A stretch of 64,000 bases of DNA from Eubacteriales bacterium (GTDB taxonomy: Bacteria; Bacillota; Clostridia; Oscillospirales; JAAYXM01): the NCBI GenBank assembly GCA_045649105.1, contig JAZRPG010000045.1:4530-68529 (forward strand). Reading direction: 5' to 3'. A model generated the notes under the pieces. It was not told where the DNA came from. It saw only the letters and a list, made by a program, of their open reading frames with translations, and made no database searches. Numbering within the stretch: the first letter of the stretch is position 1; every line of letters starts with the position of its first letter. Shown in pieces: positions 38,842 to 49,508 of the stretch. Made by a program: the position numbers and the translations under genes.

Positions 38842-40080
38842 TTACCAGGAGCGCAGATACTCCTTCTGCGCATCGCTAAGGCTGTCAATCTCAATGCCGG
38901 AGGCACGGAGTTTCTCCCTTGCGACATGCTCATCTATCTCCTGCGGCACGGGGTAAAGCCCCGGCGCAAGACGGGACGGAAGCTTTGCTATGTACTCCAT
39001 CATAAGTGCCTGAACAGCAAAGCTCATATCCATAATCTCTGCAGGATGCCCGTTTCCCGCGGCAAGGTTTACGAGCCTGCCCTCTCCGAGAAGATTTAAC
39101 ACCTTCCCGTCGCGCATGTAATATCCTTCTATATTGGGCTTTCTTATCTCTACTCGCTCTGCAAGAGATGCAAGCTCTTTTTTATTTATCTCAACATCGA
39201 AATGCCCCGCATTTGCAAGGAGCACCCCGTCACGCATTGCCTCAAAATGCCGACGCACTATAATATCTCTGCAGCCCGTTGTCGTGACAAAGATATCTCC
39301 GATATTCGCCGCCGAATCCATCGTCATTACACGGTAGCCCTCTGTATATGCCTCAAGCGCACGATGCGGATCTGTCTCACAGATTACGACCTCCGCGCCA
39401 AGCCCCCGTGCACGCATGGCGACTCCGCGCCCGCAGAATCCGTATCCCGCAACAACAACGCACTTTCCTGCAATGAGGCAGTTTGTCGTGTTCATAATCG
39501 CGTCCCAGACCGACTGACCCGTGCCGTGCCTGTTATCAAACAAATGCTTGCACTTTGCATCATTTACAGAGAACATCGGAAAATTAAGCTTCCCTGCCTT
39601 GGCTCGCGCGGATAGTCTCGCAACGCCCGTCGTCGTCTCCTCACAGCCGCCTCTGAGATTCTTTGCGAGGTCTTCCCTGCCGCCGTGCAAAATGCCGACA
39701 AAATCTCCGCCATCATCTATAATTATATCAGGCACGCAGCTAAGCGTCTCTGTAAGATGCTTCTCATATTCCTCCTCGCTTGCCCCGTGTACTGCAAATG
39801 TCTCCACGCCGAGCGAATCGAGCGCCGCCGCGACATCGTCCTGAGTCGAAAGAGGATTGCAGCCCGTTGCAAACACTCGCGCACCGCCTCTTTTAAGCGT
39901 CAGAGCGAGGTTTGCCGTCTTCGCCTCAAGGTGTATCGACATTGCAATATTGAGCCCCTCAAACGGGCGCTCCTTCTCAAACCTCTCGCCTATGGCTTCA
40001 AGCACGGGCATATATGATTTTACCCAATCAATTTTTCTTCTCCCTGCCGGAGCCGCATTTTTGTCCTTTAAAATACTCAT
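38842..40080 (-). CDS. ahcY: Adenosylhomocysteinase
   Basis: 412 aa with an NAD-binding GYGFCGRGVAMRARGLGAEV motif and a HFDVEI motif. Confidence 0.92.
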   Translation of the reverse strand: MSILKDKNAAPAGRRKIDWVKSYMPVLEAIGERFEKERPFEGLNIAMSIHLEAKTANLALTLKRGGARVFATGCNPLSTQDDVAAALDSLGVETFAVHGASEEEYEKHLTETLSCVPDIIIDDGGDFVGILHGGREDLAKNLRGGCEETTTGVARLSARAKAGKLNFPMFSVNDAKCKHLFDNRHGTGQSVWDAIMNTTNCLIAGKCVVVAGYGFCGRGVAMRARGLGAEVVICETDPHRALEAYTEGYRVMTMDSAANIGDIFVTTTGCRDIIVRRHFEAMRDGVLLANAGHFDVEINKKELASLAERVEIRKPNIEGYYMRDGKVLNLLGEGRLVNLAAGNGHPAEIMDMSFAVQALMMEYIAKLPSRLAPGLYPVPQEIDEHVAREKLRASGIEIDSLSDAQKEYLRSW

Positions 40081-40224
40081 TATATCAACCTCTTTTTTCC
40101 ATAATACACAAAACCGCTGATATTTGCAATACCTATTACTTTATTTACAAAAAATATCTTTTTTCTTATATTAAAATATGTTATACTGTAACTTGGCTCA
40201 GAATATTTTTGAAAGGATACTGAA

Positions 40225-42969
40225 ATGGGTATTATAACAAAGCTTTTCGGCACACACAGTGACCGCGAAATAAAGAAAATCCTCCCCCTTGTCGACAAAA
40301 TCGAAGCGCTTGAGAATGAGTTTAAAGCGCTGTCAGACAGCGAGCTTCGTTCAAAGACCGAGGAATTCCGAAGCCGCATAAGCAGCGGCGAGACGCTCGA
40401 CCTTCTTCTTCCTGAGGCCTTTGCCGCAATCCGCGAGGCGGCATTCCGCGTGCTCGGGCTTCGCGCCTTCCGCGTACAGCTCATCGGCGGAATCGTTCTT
40501 CATCAGGGGCGCATCGCGGAGATGAAGACCGGTGAGGGAAAAACCCTCTCCGCCATTCTCCCCGCATACCTGAACGCGCTTACGGGCAACGGTGTCCACA
40601 TCGTCACCGTAAATGACTACCTCGCAAAATACCAGGGTGAGCTTATGGGCCGCGTATTCCGCTTTCTCGGCATGTCCGTCGGCATCATTGTCCACGGTCT
40701 CTCAAACGAGGAGCGCCGCGCGGCATACTTCTCAGACATTACATACGGAACGAACAACGAGTTCGGCTTTGATTACCTGCGCGACAACATGGCCCTTTAT
40801 AAGGACAACATGGTCGGGCGCTCAAACCACGCCTTCGCAATCGTTGACGAGGTCGACTCAATACTTATAGACGAGGCGAGAACTCCGCTCATCATATCCG
40901 GCCAGGGAGAAAAGCCGACATATATATACGAGCAGGCGGACAGATTTGCCGCCTCGCTTCGCCGCATAGTCGTCGCCTCTGTTGACGAAAAGGAAGATAA
41001 CGACGATGCCGACGGCGACTATATAGTAGACGAAAAGGCGCGCACGGCAACGCTCACCGCATCGGGTATCGCAAAGGCGGAGAAGGCATTTTCCATCGAA
41101 AACCTGTCCGACCCGGAAAACGCCGAGCTTTATCACCATATAAACCAGGCTATCCGCGCGCGCGGCATAATGCAGCGCGACATTGACTATGTTGTTCGTG
41201 ACAATCAGATTATAATAGTCGACGAGTTTACAGGCCGCCTCATGCTCGGGCGCAGATATTCCGAGGGTCTGCATCAGGCAATAGAGGCAAAGGAGCGCGT
41301 AAATATACAGAACGAAAGCAAAACCCTTGCGACAATTACGTTTCAGAACTATTTCCGCATGTACGACAAACTCTCGGGCATGACCGGTACGGCGCTTACA
41401 GAAGAGGACGAGTTTAAGCACATTTACAACCTCGATGTTGTCGAGATTCCCACAAACAGACCGATGATACGAAATGACATGTCCGATGTCGTATATAAAA
41501 CCGAGGCGGGGAAATTCCGCGCCGTAATCGCCCGGATTGAGGACTGTGTCAAGCGCGGTCAGCCTGCACTTGTCGGCACTGTATCAATCGAGAAGAGTGA
41601 GCATGTGTCCGCTCTCCTGAACAAACGCGGAATAAAGCATGTTGTGCTTAATGCAAAAAACCATGAAAAAGAGGCAGAAATAGTCGCCCAGGCCGGAAAG
41701 CTCGGCGCGGTTACAATCGCAACAAATATGGCAGGCCGCGGAACCGATATCATGCTCGGAGGCAACGCCGACTTTATGGCAAAGAGCGAGCTCAGGCGCA
41801 CGGGAATGGACGAAGACCTCATAGTCGATGCCGGCGGCACGGCTACTACAGATGACGCCGAAATACTCGCAGCGCGTGAAAAATACAGAGAGCTTTACAA
41901 GAAATACAAACAGGTTACAGATGCCGAGGCGGAAAAGGTCAAGGCGGCAGGCGGCCTCTTCATAATCGGCACCGAGCGTCACGAATCGCGCAGAATTGAC
42001 AATCAGCTCCGCGGCCGTGCAGGGCGCCAGGGCGACCCCGGAAACTCGCGCTTTTATCTCTCGCTTGAGGATGATATAATGCGCCTGTTCGGCTCAGAGC
42101 GCGTAATGGGCATGATGAACGCGCTCGGAATAGACGAGGACACGCCGATAGAGCAGAACATGCTCACAAACGCGATAGAATCTGCACAGCGCAGGGTTGA
42201 ATCAAGAAACTTCGGGATACGCAAAAACGTCTTACAGTATGATGATGTTATAAATAAGCAGCGCACGATAATCTACGACCAGAGAAAAACAGTTCTCGAC
42301 GGCCATGATATTGAAAAATCAATAAAGAAGATGATTGAGGACTCAATAAAGCTCACCGTTTTTTCAGTCCTCGGCGAAGAAAAATATGTCCAGACAGCGC
42401 ATCTTGACGCCGTGCGCGAAAAATACAAGGGTATCTTCCTTACCGAGCGCGACCTCAGAATGACGCGTGACGAGCTCTCAAAGGTTGACTATGACGCAGA
42501 TGACCTCTGCCATGACCTTACAGAGCTTGCAAACCGCGCCTACTCGGCGCGTGAGGCAGAGCTTACGCCAGAAATCATGCGTGAGCTTGAGCGCGTCGTT
42601 CTTCTCCGCAATGTAGACGAGCACTGGATGGAGCATATTGACGCAATGACAGAGCTGCGCCAGGGCATCGGCCTTCGCGCATACGGACAGCAGGACCCGA
42701 TTATAGCATATAAAAACGAGGGCCATGACATGTTCGAGGAGATGATAGACTCTATCCGCGAAAACACGGTGACGATGGTATTCACCATGCGTCTCCGCGG
42801 CCCATCTGCGCCCAGGCGCGAAGCCGTCGCAAAGATCACGGGAGAGCACGGCGGCGACGGAAGCGTCAAAAAAGAGCCTCATCGCCGCGGTGCAAAAGTC
42901 GGAAGGAACGACCCATGCCCCTGCGGCAGCGGAAAGAAATACAAAAAGTGCTGCGGTGCAAACGAATAA
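40225..42969 (+). CDS. secA: Preprotein translocase ATPase SecA
   Basis: 914 aa with [38 protein letters not shown] and the C-terminal zinc motif [14 protein letters not shown]. Confidence 0.97.
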   Translation: MGIITKLFGTHSDREIKKILPLVDKIEALENEFKALSDSELRSKTEEFRSRISSGETLDLLLPEAFAAIREAAFRVLGLRAFRVQLIGGIVLHQGRIAEMKTGEGKTLSAILPAYLNALTGNGVHIVTVNDYLAKYQGELMGRVFRFLGMSVGIIVHGLSNEERRAAYFSDITYGTNNEFGFDYLRDNMALYKDNMVGRSNHAFAIVDEVDSILIDEARTPLIISGQGEKPTYIYEQADRFAASLRRIVVASVDEKEDNDDADGDYIVDEKARTATLTASGIAKAEKAFSIENLSDPENAELYHHINQAIRARGIMQRDIDYVVRDNQIIIVDEFTGRLMLGRRYSEGLHQAIEAKERVNIQNESKTLATITFQNYFRMYDKLSGMTGTALTEEDEFKHIYNLDVVEIPTNRPMIRNDMSDVVYKTEAGKFRAVIARIEDCVKRGQPALVGTVSIEKSEHVSALLNKRGIKHVVLNAKNHEKEAEIVAQAGKLGAVTIATNMAGRGTDIMLGGNADFMAKSELRRTGMDEDLIVDAGGTATTDDAEILAAREKYRELYKKYKQVTDAEAEKVKAAGGLFIIGTERHESRRIDNQLRGRAGRQGDPGNSRFYLSLEDDIMRLFGSERVMGMMNALGIDEDTPIEQNMLTNAIESAQRRVESRNFGIRKNVLQYDDVINKQRTIIYDQRKTVLDGHDIEKSIKKMIEDSIKLTVFSVLGEEKYVQTAHLDAVREKYKGIFLTERDLRMTRDELSKVDYDADDLCHDLTELANRAYSAREAELTPEIMRELERVVLLRNVDEHWMEHIDAMTELRQGIGLRAYGQQDPIIAYKNEGHDMFEEMIDSIRENTVTMVFTMRLRGPSAPRREAVAKITGEHGGDGSVKKEPHRRGAKVGRNDPCPCGSGKKYKKCCGANE

Positions 42970-43013
42970 AAAATGTATATAAGAACATCGCATTTTACGG
43001 AGGATAACAGAAA

Positions 43014-45560
43014 ATGAAAAGGAACATACGGATAAAAATATCGGCGTTTATTACGGCAGCTGTACTTACCGCATCCGTCACGCTGCCTGCAGGCGCCTTT
43101 AAATATTCTGAACTTACCTCATCACTCTCTGTTGAGGGATATACAATAACCAATGTCGCACCTGATGCAAACCATATCGAGCTGCGCGCGTCAGACGCCC
43201 GCGGGAAACAGAACATAAACGCAATTGAGTTTAACCCGCAAAACCCGTACACCTCGCTTCGCGCAGGGTTAAGTGCAGGATATGTATACAGCGAGCAGAC
43301 CGTCAACACTATTGCAAACAACATGAGCAGTACAGACGGCGGAGACACCGCAACAGCTGCAATAAACGGCGACTTTTTTAATTTCGGTGTCGGCGTGCCG
43401 CACGGCATATTCATAGATGACGGCATTATCCTTTCAACTCCGCCGCAGTACTATGCCGCATTCGGCCTCACCTACGACAACAAACCGTTTATCGTACGAC
43501 ACGGCACAATACTTGACAAGATATTCCGAATCGATGGGGTATTGTGCGATGTTACGGGGATTAACAATGCCCACGCAAAGGACGCTCCGTCACTCATGCT
43601 TTATACCCCTGATTACGCGCGCGGCACAAAAACAGGCACAACAACCTACGAGCTGCGCTGCCGCGTTATCTCGGGCGAGGTAAGACACGGGGACACGCTT
43701 AAATTTGTCGTTGAAGAAGCATTCGACGCCGTCGGAAACACCGCTCTCGGCGACGGGTACATAGTCCTCTCCGCTCAGGGCGAGCGCATGAACGACTTAA
43801 AAAAGCTCAATATCGGCGACGAGCTTGAGATGTCCTTCCGCTTCAATGAGTTCTGGTCAAATGTAAAGTTTGCCGTCGGCGGCATTGAGCTTCTCTTAAA
43901 GGACGGAGAAATATACAGCGAGGCTGATAAAGCGTACCAGCCGCGAACCTCTGTCGGCATCAGAGCCGACGGCACAGTCGTTATGGCGACCTTTGACGGA
44001 AGGCAGGACGGCGCTGCAGGCATGACATACAAATCCGCAGCGGAGGCAATGCGCGCTCTCGGCTGCACAGACGCGCTCAACCTCGACGGCGGCGGGTCTA
44101 CCACCTTTGTCCTCAGAAGACCGGGCGAGCTTTCAACCTCTGTAGTAAACAAGGTTTCCGGAAGCAGTCCGCGTCAGGTTGCAAACGCGCTTGTGCTTAT
44201 GAACACCGCGCCGACGGGAAGAGCAACCTCACTTACCGTTTCGCCCTCGTCACGCCTTGTAATGCAGGGCGGAAAGTATAAATTCTCCGTCACGGGAGCA
44301 TATGATGAGAACATAAAACCGATTCCTGCGCCGAGTGATATATACTGGTCGACAGACTCCGTATACAACAGCATAGCCTATGACGGTACGCTCTCGGCAG
44401 ATGTTGCGGAAACCACCGTAATTACGGCAGAAAGCGGTATTGCAGCAGGAAATGCAACCATTGAAATCGTGGACGATGTTGATACAATTACACCCGATAT
44501 TAAAAGCATTTCCGCCGATGCCGGCAAAAGCATTGAAATAAAAATGAGCGCTGCCCGCAACGGTCAGGTTGTCGAATGTCCGCAGGAGCTTTATACATTC
44601 ACTGCGCCCGAGGAGCTCGGAACCTTCACCTCTCCCGGCAAATTCACGCTCGCGGAGGAATTTGCAACAGGCAATATTACAGTAAGTCTCGGCACGGCAT
44701 CTGTCGAAATCCCGGTCGAGATAAAAGTTCCGCCTGTTATAATAACTGACTTTGAGGATAACGGAACCGTATTTGTCCCTGCATCAGTCGGAACAAAGGT
44801 CGCACCGAACTGGAAGTTTGAAGAAACCGGCGACCTTGTGATGTACGGAAAGCGTAGCCTTAAGGTATACTACAACTTCCTCAACACAACAGAATCCGTC
44901 GGCTCGTATTACATGGTCTCTCCGAATTCCGAGACCGACGCGCCGTACAGGCTCGAAAAAGCGCCGAATAAGCTCAGCATGATGGTGTTCGGCGACGGAA
45001 GCGGCGTCGCACTCCGCACGATAATAGAGGATGAATCAGGGAAGCAGTATACCCTCTCATACACAGGAAGCACGGGAATAGACTGGACGGGATGGAAATA
45101 TGTTGAAGTTTCTCTTCCCGAAAACATATCAGGGCCCATTTTCGTAAAGGTGCCTGTATATCTCGTGTCCAACCCGCAGAAGCTCACTCACGGCTGTCTG
45201 TATTTTGACAGGCTCCGTGCAATATACAGCGAGCCTGAGGGCGAGGACTACATCGCGCCGGAAATAACAAAGGCATGGCCGGATGAAAAAATGATAATCC
45301 ATACCAAAAACCCATCAATCGGCGTTATCCTGAAAGACAACTCGGCAACCGATTCCGACGCAGGCCTAAACCCCGAAACCGTTGAAATATGGGTAAACGG
45401 CTACAACTGTACCGACCGTATCTATGACACCGCCACGGGAAAAATCTCATATACTGTAAAGCATGCGCTTAAAAACGGACACCACACAATTCTCGTCCGT
45501 GCGAGGGACTTTTCCGGAAACCTCATAGTGCGCGAGTGGAAATTTGAGGTCCGCGCATGA
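43014..45560 (+). CDS. Secreted phosphodiester glycosidase family protein (NAGPA/DUF2233 domain) with Ig-like and C-terminal beta-rich domains
   Basis: 848 aa with a signal peptide (AAVLTASVTLPAGA). AAINGDFFNFGVGVPHG and ALNLDGGGSTTF are hallmarks of the family. Confidence 0.75.
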   Translation: MKRNIRIKISAFITAAVLTASVTLPAGAFKYSELTSSLSVEGYTITNVAPDANHIELRASDARGKQNINAIEFNPQNPYTSLRAGLSAGYVYSEQTVNTIANNMSSTDGGDTATAAINGDFFNFGVGVPHGIFIDDGIILSTPPQYYAAFGLTYDNKPFIVRHGTILDKIFRIDGVLCDVTGINNAHAKDAPSLMLYTPDYARGTKTGTTTYELRCRVISGEVRHGDTLKFVVEEAFDAVGNTALGDGYIVLSAQGERMNDLKKLNIGDELEMSFRFNEFWSNVKFAVGGIELLLKDGEIYSEADKAYQPRTSVGIRADGTVVMATFDGRQDGAAGMTYKSAAEAMRALGCTDALNLDGGGSTTFVLRRPGELSTSVVNKVSGSSPRQVANALVLMNTAPTGRATSLTVSPSSRLVMQGGKYKFSVTGAYDENIKPIPAPSDIYWSTDSVYNSIAYDGTLSADVAETTVITAESGIAAGNATIEIVDDVDTITPDIKSISADAGKSIEIKMSAARNGQVVECPQELYTFTAPEELGTFTSPGKFTLAEEFATGNITVSLGTASVEIPVEIKVPPVIITDFEDNGTVFVPASVGTKVAPNWKFEETGDLVMYGKRSLKVYYNFLNTTESVGSYYMVSPNSETDAPYRLEKAPNKLSMMVFGDGSGVALRTIIEDESGKQYTLSYTGSTGIDWTGWKYVEVSLPENISGPIFVKVPVYLVSNPQKLTHGCLYFDRLRAIYSEPEGEDYIAPEITKAWPDEKMIIHTKNPSIGVILKDNSATDSDAGLNPETVEIWVNGYNCTDRIYDTATGKISYTVKHALKNGHHTILVRARDFSGNLIVREWKFEVRA

Positions 45561-46633
45561 TGAGAAGAAGGCTTGCACTTGCAAGGGAGCAGCTTGACAA
45601 ACACAGGCTTGACTGCCTTCTTATCACCTCATATGAAAACTACAGATATTTTTCGGGCTTTACGGGCAGCAACTGCACCCTGCTTATCACAAAAGGCGAA
45701 TGCTTCGCGCTTACCGACAGCAGGTATGACCTGCAGATACGGGAGCAGGCAAAGCTTTATACCCCGATAATCGCAAATCAGTCAAAAAACGCGCACATAT
45801 TTGAGCTTATTTCAAAAAACAGTATAACAAGCATCGGATATGAAACAAGCCGCCTGACAGACAGCGAAGCACGGGCGCTCAGGCAGATGAGCGATAAAAT
45901 AAGCTGGGTTCCGCTTCCCGATTTCGGCGAGGATATCCGCGCGATAAAGGACGCGTCTGAAATTTTAAATATCCGCCGTGCCGCAAAGGTAGCAGACGAT
46001 GCATTTTCCGCGCTCATTCACACGCTTAAAAAGGGCATGACCGAGCGCGAGGTCGCCGCGCGCCTTGAGTATGAGATGGCGCTTCGCGGAAGCGAAAAGG
46101 CTGCATTTGAAACAATAGCGGCAAGCGGAGTCCGCGGTGCCATGCCGCACGCCTGCCCGACCGATGCACCTCTTCCCGAAAACGGGCTTCTTACGCTTGA
46201 TTTCGGCGCCTGCATCGGCGGCTACATGTCAGACATTACAAGAACGCTCCATCTCGGAAAACCCTGCCGCGAGCTTTCAGAGCTTTGGGATATGGTCTAT
46301 AAGGTCCAGAAAAAGTGCGTTGCAAAGGTTTCCCCCGGCATAACCTGCCGCGAAATTACGGAGTACCAGTGCGAGCTGTTCTCAGAATTCGGCGCAGAAG
46401 AATACATCATGCATTCTTTGGGTCACGGTGTAGGACTCGCGATACATGAAGCGCCGACCGTTTCAAAGCGCTCTGACTCCGTTCTTTCCGAAAACATGGT
46501 AATAACAATCGAGCCGGGGCTCTATATCGAAAACCTCGGCGGCGTGCGTATAGAGGACACGGTGCTCGTGACAGCATCAGGCGCCGAAGTTCTTACACAT
46601 TCACAAAAGAGATATGACATCACTCTGAGGTAG
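45557..46633 (+). CDS. pepP: M24 family Xaa-Pro aminopeptidase
   Basis: 358 aa with metal ligand motifs DFGACIGGYMSDITRT, HSLGHGVGLAIHE and IEPG..RIED. Its start overlaps the upstream stop (ATGA). Confidence 0.9.
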   Translation: MMRRRLALAREQLDKHRLDCLLITSYENYRYFSGFTGSNCTLLITKGECFALTDSRYDLQIREQAKLYTPIIANQSKNAHIFELISKNSITSIGYETSRLTDSEARALRQMSDKISWVPLPDFGEDIRAIKDASEILNIRRAAKVADDAFSALIHTLKKGMTEREVAARLEYEMALRGSEKAAFETIAASGVRGAMPHACPTDAPLPENGLLTLDFGACIGGYMSDITRTLHLGKPCRELSELWDMVYKVQKKCVAKVSPGITCREITEYQCELFSEFGAEEYIMHSLGHGVGLAIHEAPTVSKRSDSVLSENMVITIEPGLYIENLGGVRIEDTVLVTASGAEVLTHSQKRYDITLR

Positions 46634-46636
46634 CAT

Positions 46637-47653
46637 ATGAAAAAGACTGTAATCGTCGGCATAAGCGGCGGTGTTGACAGCAGTGTCGCCGCCTGTATAC
46701 TGAAAAAGGACTTCAATGTCATCGGGGTAACTCTTGTTATGCACGGAGCGCCCCCGCCCGATGCTGCAGGCATATGCAAGGTTCTTGATATTCCGCACTA
46801 TGAAATTGATGTTCGTGATAAGTTTACAGAGCATGTCATAAAAAATTTTATTGACGAATACCGCAGTGCGCGTACGCCAAACCCCTGCGTGTGGTGTAAC
46901 TACTATCTTAAATTCGGCGCAATGCTCGACATTGCCGACTCGCTCGGCGCGGATTTCGTCGCAACAGGGCACTACTCTCGCCTTATTAAGGACAGCTCAG
47001 GTGAGCTTTTCCCTGCGCGGGCGCTTTTTTCAGAAAAGGACCAGACCTATGCGCTGTACAGACTGCGCCAGCATCAGCTCCGCCGCGCACTTTTTCCGCT
47101 CGGCGGGCTTACGAAACCGCGCGTGCGTGAAATTGCCGCGGAAATCGGCCTTGACACTGCCTCAAAGCGGGACAGCCAGGACATATGCTTTATTCCCGAC
47201 GGCGATTATGCCGCATATCTTGAGAAAAATTCATCGCCGTTGCCGCCCGGGCGCTTTATCGGCCCCGGCGGGGAAGACCTCGGCGAGCACCGCGGACTTC
47301 TGCACTATACAGTCGGTCAGCGGCGCGGTCTCGGAATCGCATATTCCGAGCGCCTGTTTGTCACGCGGCTTGATGCAGAGAAAAACGAGGTCCACCTCGG
47401 GACTGACGGCGCACAGAATAAAACAACCGTCACGGCAGGCGACATAACCTTCATAAGCGATAAAAAACCTCCGCAGAAATTTGCATGCAGCGCAAAAATC
47501 AGATATAATGGAGCTGCAAGCCCCGCGATGATATATACAGACGGGGAAATTATCCGCGCGGAGTTTGCTTCTCCCCGGCGCGGCGTTGCCCCCGGTCAGT
47601 CGCTCGTTCTTTATGACGGTGAGCGCGTCATCGGCGGAGGAATTATAGAATAA
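46637..47653 (+). CDS. mnmA: tRNA 2-thiouridine(34) synthase
   Basis: 338 aa with the PP-loop VGISGGVDSSVAA, NPCVWCN and DQTYAL motifs. Confidence 0.93.
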   Translation: MKKTVIVGISGGVDSSVAACILKKDFNVIGVTLVMHGAPPPDAAGICKVLDIPHYEIDVRDKFTEHVIKNFIDEYRSARTPNPCVWCNYYLKFGAMLDIADSLGADFVATGHYSRLIKDSSGELFPARALFSEKDQTYALYRLRQHQLRRALFPLGGLTKPRVREIAAEIGLDTASKRDSQDICFIPDGDYAAYLEKNSSPLPPGRFIGPGGEDLGEHRGLLHYTVGQRRGLGIAYSERLFVTRLDAEKNEVHLGTDGAQNKTTVTAGDITFISDKKPPQKFACSAKIRYNGAASPAMIYTDGEIIRAEFASPRRGVAPGQSLVLYDGERVIGGGIIE

Positions 47654-47691
47654 ACAATATTTTTACCATATATAAAAGGTGGGGATATAAT

Positions 47692-48336
47692 ATGTTTGAA
47701 AACATGCGCGCAGACCTTCGCGCAGTTAAAGAGCGCGACCCGGCGGCGAGAAATTCGGTTGAGGTGTTTTTCCTCTACTCGGGTTTTCACGCCATCACAA
47801 GGCACCGCATAGCGCATTTCTACTATAAACACAAGCTGTTTTTTCTCGCAAGACTTGTGTCACAGTTCAATAAATTCTTAACCGGCGTTGAAATTCACCC
47901 TGCCGCGCAAATCGGACCCGGCTTTTTCATTGACCACGGCACAGGCGTCGTAATCGGCGAAACGGCTGAAATCGGCTCAAACTGCACGATTTATCAGGGC
48001 GCCACCCTGGGCGGTACGGGCAAGGATGTCGGCAAGCGCCACCCGACCATAGGCAATAATGTAATGATAGGCGCGGGCGCAAAGGTCCTCGGCCCGTTTT
48101 CTGTCGGCGATAACTCAAAAATCGCCGCAAACGCCGTAGTCCTTGACACCATTCCGCCAAACTCCACTGCTGTCGGCGTCCCCGCGCGCGTAGTGAAGCG
48201 TGACGGGATAAAGACATGCGACGGCACTGACCTTGACCAGATTCACATTCCCGACCCCATCGCGCAGGAGCTCTGCAGAATGCGCATAAAGCTTGAGCAT
48301 ATGCAAGCGGAGCTTGACAAACTCCGGAAGGAATAA
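47692..48336 (+). CDS. cysE: Serine O-acetyltransferase
   Basis: 214 aa with hexapeptide repeats: IDHGTGVVIGETAEIGSNCTIYQGATLGGTG. Confidence 0.9.
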   Translation: MFENMRADLRAVKERDPAARNSVEVFFLYSGFHAITRHRIAHFYYKHKLFFLARLVSQFNKFLTGVEIHPAAQIGPGFFIDHGTGVVIGETAEIGSNCTIYQGATLGGTGKDVGKRHPTIGNNVMIGAGAKVLGPFSVGDNSKIAANAVVLDTIPPNSTAVGVPARVVKRDGIKTCDGTDLDQIHIPDPIAQELCRMRIKLEHMQAELDKLRKE

Positions 48337-48369
48337 GAAGAACACAAATTCCGTTTGGGAGATATTCTG

Positions 48370-49419
48370 ATGCTGAAAGACAATCCGTATACAGAGCCGC
48401 CCGAAAGCTCTGAATTTTCACGGCGTGAATATGTAAGCTCTCTCAACTCGTTTGTCGCATCGCTTGAGGAAAAATCAAGCTCTTTGCGTGATAAGTTCAT
48501 GCCGCCTGAAAGCTTCTTCCGCGATATTGAGAGCTACAGAAAAAAGTATATTGACATGCTCGGAAAGCCTCTGTGCCGATATGAAAAGTCAGTCCCGCCG
48601 GCATCATACGCCTTTGTTGCCGAGGACGAAAACTGCAATATATACCGCATAAAAATTGAGGCGCTGCCCGGGCTTTTCTTTCACGGGCTGTATCTTGTCC
48701 CGCATGAGGAGGCAGCTCCGTCCCCGCTCGTTATTGCGGCGCACGGTGCCCTCGGCACGCCTGAGCTTCTGTGCAATATGCACGGTAAGAACGGCTATTC
48801 AAACCTCGTCCCGAGGCTTGTTTTGCGCGGCGCGCGCGTCTTTGCGCCGCAGCTCCTTCTGTGGAACATAGGTCAGAGCCCCGCAAAGCCAATATATGAG
48901 ACAGAATACAACCGCGCAGACCTTGACCTTCGCCTCAAGAGCCTTGGCGGAAGCATGACTTCGCTCGAAATATTCTGCATAATGCGCGTACTTGACTTTC
49001 TTGAGGCACACCCCCGCACCGCATTCTCACGCGTCGGCTTTGCCGGTATGTCATACGGCGCATATATAGGTCTTCACATGATGGCAGCGGATACACGCAT
49101 AGAAAGCGCATATCTCTCCGGCTGCTTTAATGACAGGCTGCGCTATCGCTTTTCCGAGTGGCACTACAATAACGCCGCGAACACATTTCTCGATGCGGAA
49201 ATCGCCGCGCTCTGCGCACCCCGCGCGCTGTATCTCGAGGTCGGCAGTAAGGACGATATTTTCGATTTTGGCTCTGCCGTGCGTGAAGCATACCGCGCAA
49301 AAAAATACTACTCCGCCGCAGGCGCAGAGGAAAAGCTCTGCTTCTCGGTATGGGACGGCGGTCATCTTGTAAACCCTGCAGATGACGGGCTCGATTTCCT
49401 CTTTAAAAACATGCCGTAA
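48370..49419 (+). CDS. Alpha/beta hydrolase (acetyl-xylan-esterase / dienelactone-hydrolase-like)
   Basis: It has the nucleophile elbow GMSYGAY and a C-terminal GGH. The start was set to ATG 48370, with a GGGAG RBS. Confidence 0.7.
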   Translation: MLKDNPYTEPPESSEFSRREYVSSLNSFVASLEEKSSSLRDKFMPPESFFRDIESYRKKYIDMLGKPLCRYEKSVPPASYAFVAEDENCNIYRIKIEALPGLFFHGLYLVPHEEAAPSPLVIAAHGALGTPELLCNMHGKNGYSNLVPRLVLRGARVFAPQLLLWNIGQSPAKPIYETEYNRADLDLRLKSLGGSMTSLEIFCIMRVLDFLEAHPRTAFSRVGFAGMSYGAYIGLHMMAADTRIESAYLSGCFNDRLRYRFSEWHYNNAANTFLDAEIAALCAPRALYLEVGSKDDIFDFGSAVREAYRAKKYYSAAGAEEKLCFSVWDGGHLVNPADDGLDFLFKNMP

Positions 49420-49450
49420 CAGCAACGCTAAACAGCCTTCTGATATAAGT

Positions 49451-49496
49451 AAAAAAGCATGCCGGACATCTGTCTTGATGTCGGCATGCTTTTTTA
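49451..49496. terminator. Bidirectional rho-independent terminator between convergent genes
   Basis: AAAAAAGCATGCCGGACATC..GATGTCGGCATGCTTTTTT, a 13-bp stem flanked by A6 and T6. Confidence 0.8.
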
Positions 49497-49508
49497 CTTA
49501 TCAGCTCT

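Noticed and set aside
40080-40484. 134-aa minus-strand ORF overlapping the secA promoter and the 5' end of secA. The ORFs at 40351-40695 and 42995-43426 are similar cases.
   Set aside because: They are antisense to secA or the glycosidase gene, Arg/Ser-rich, and without an RBS.
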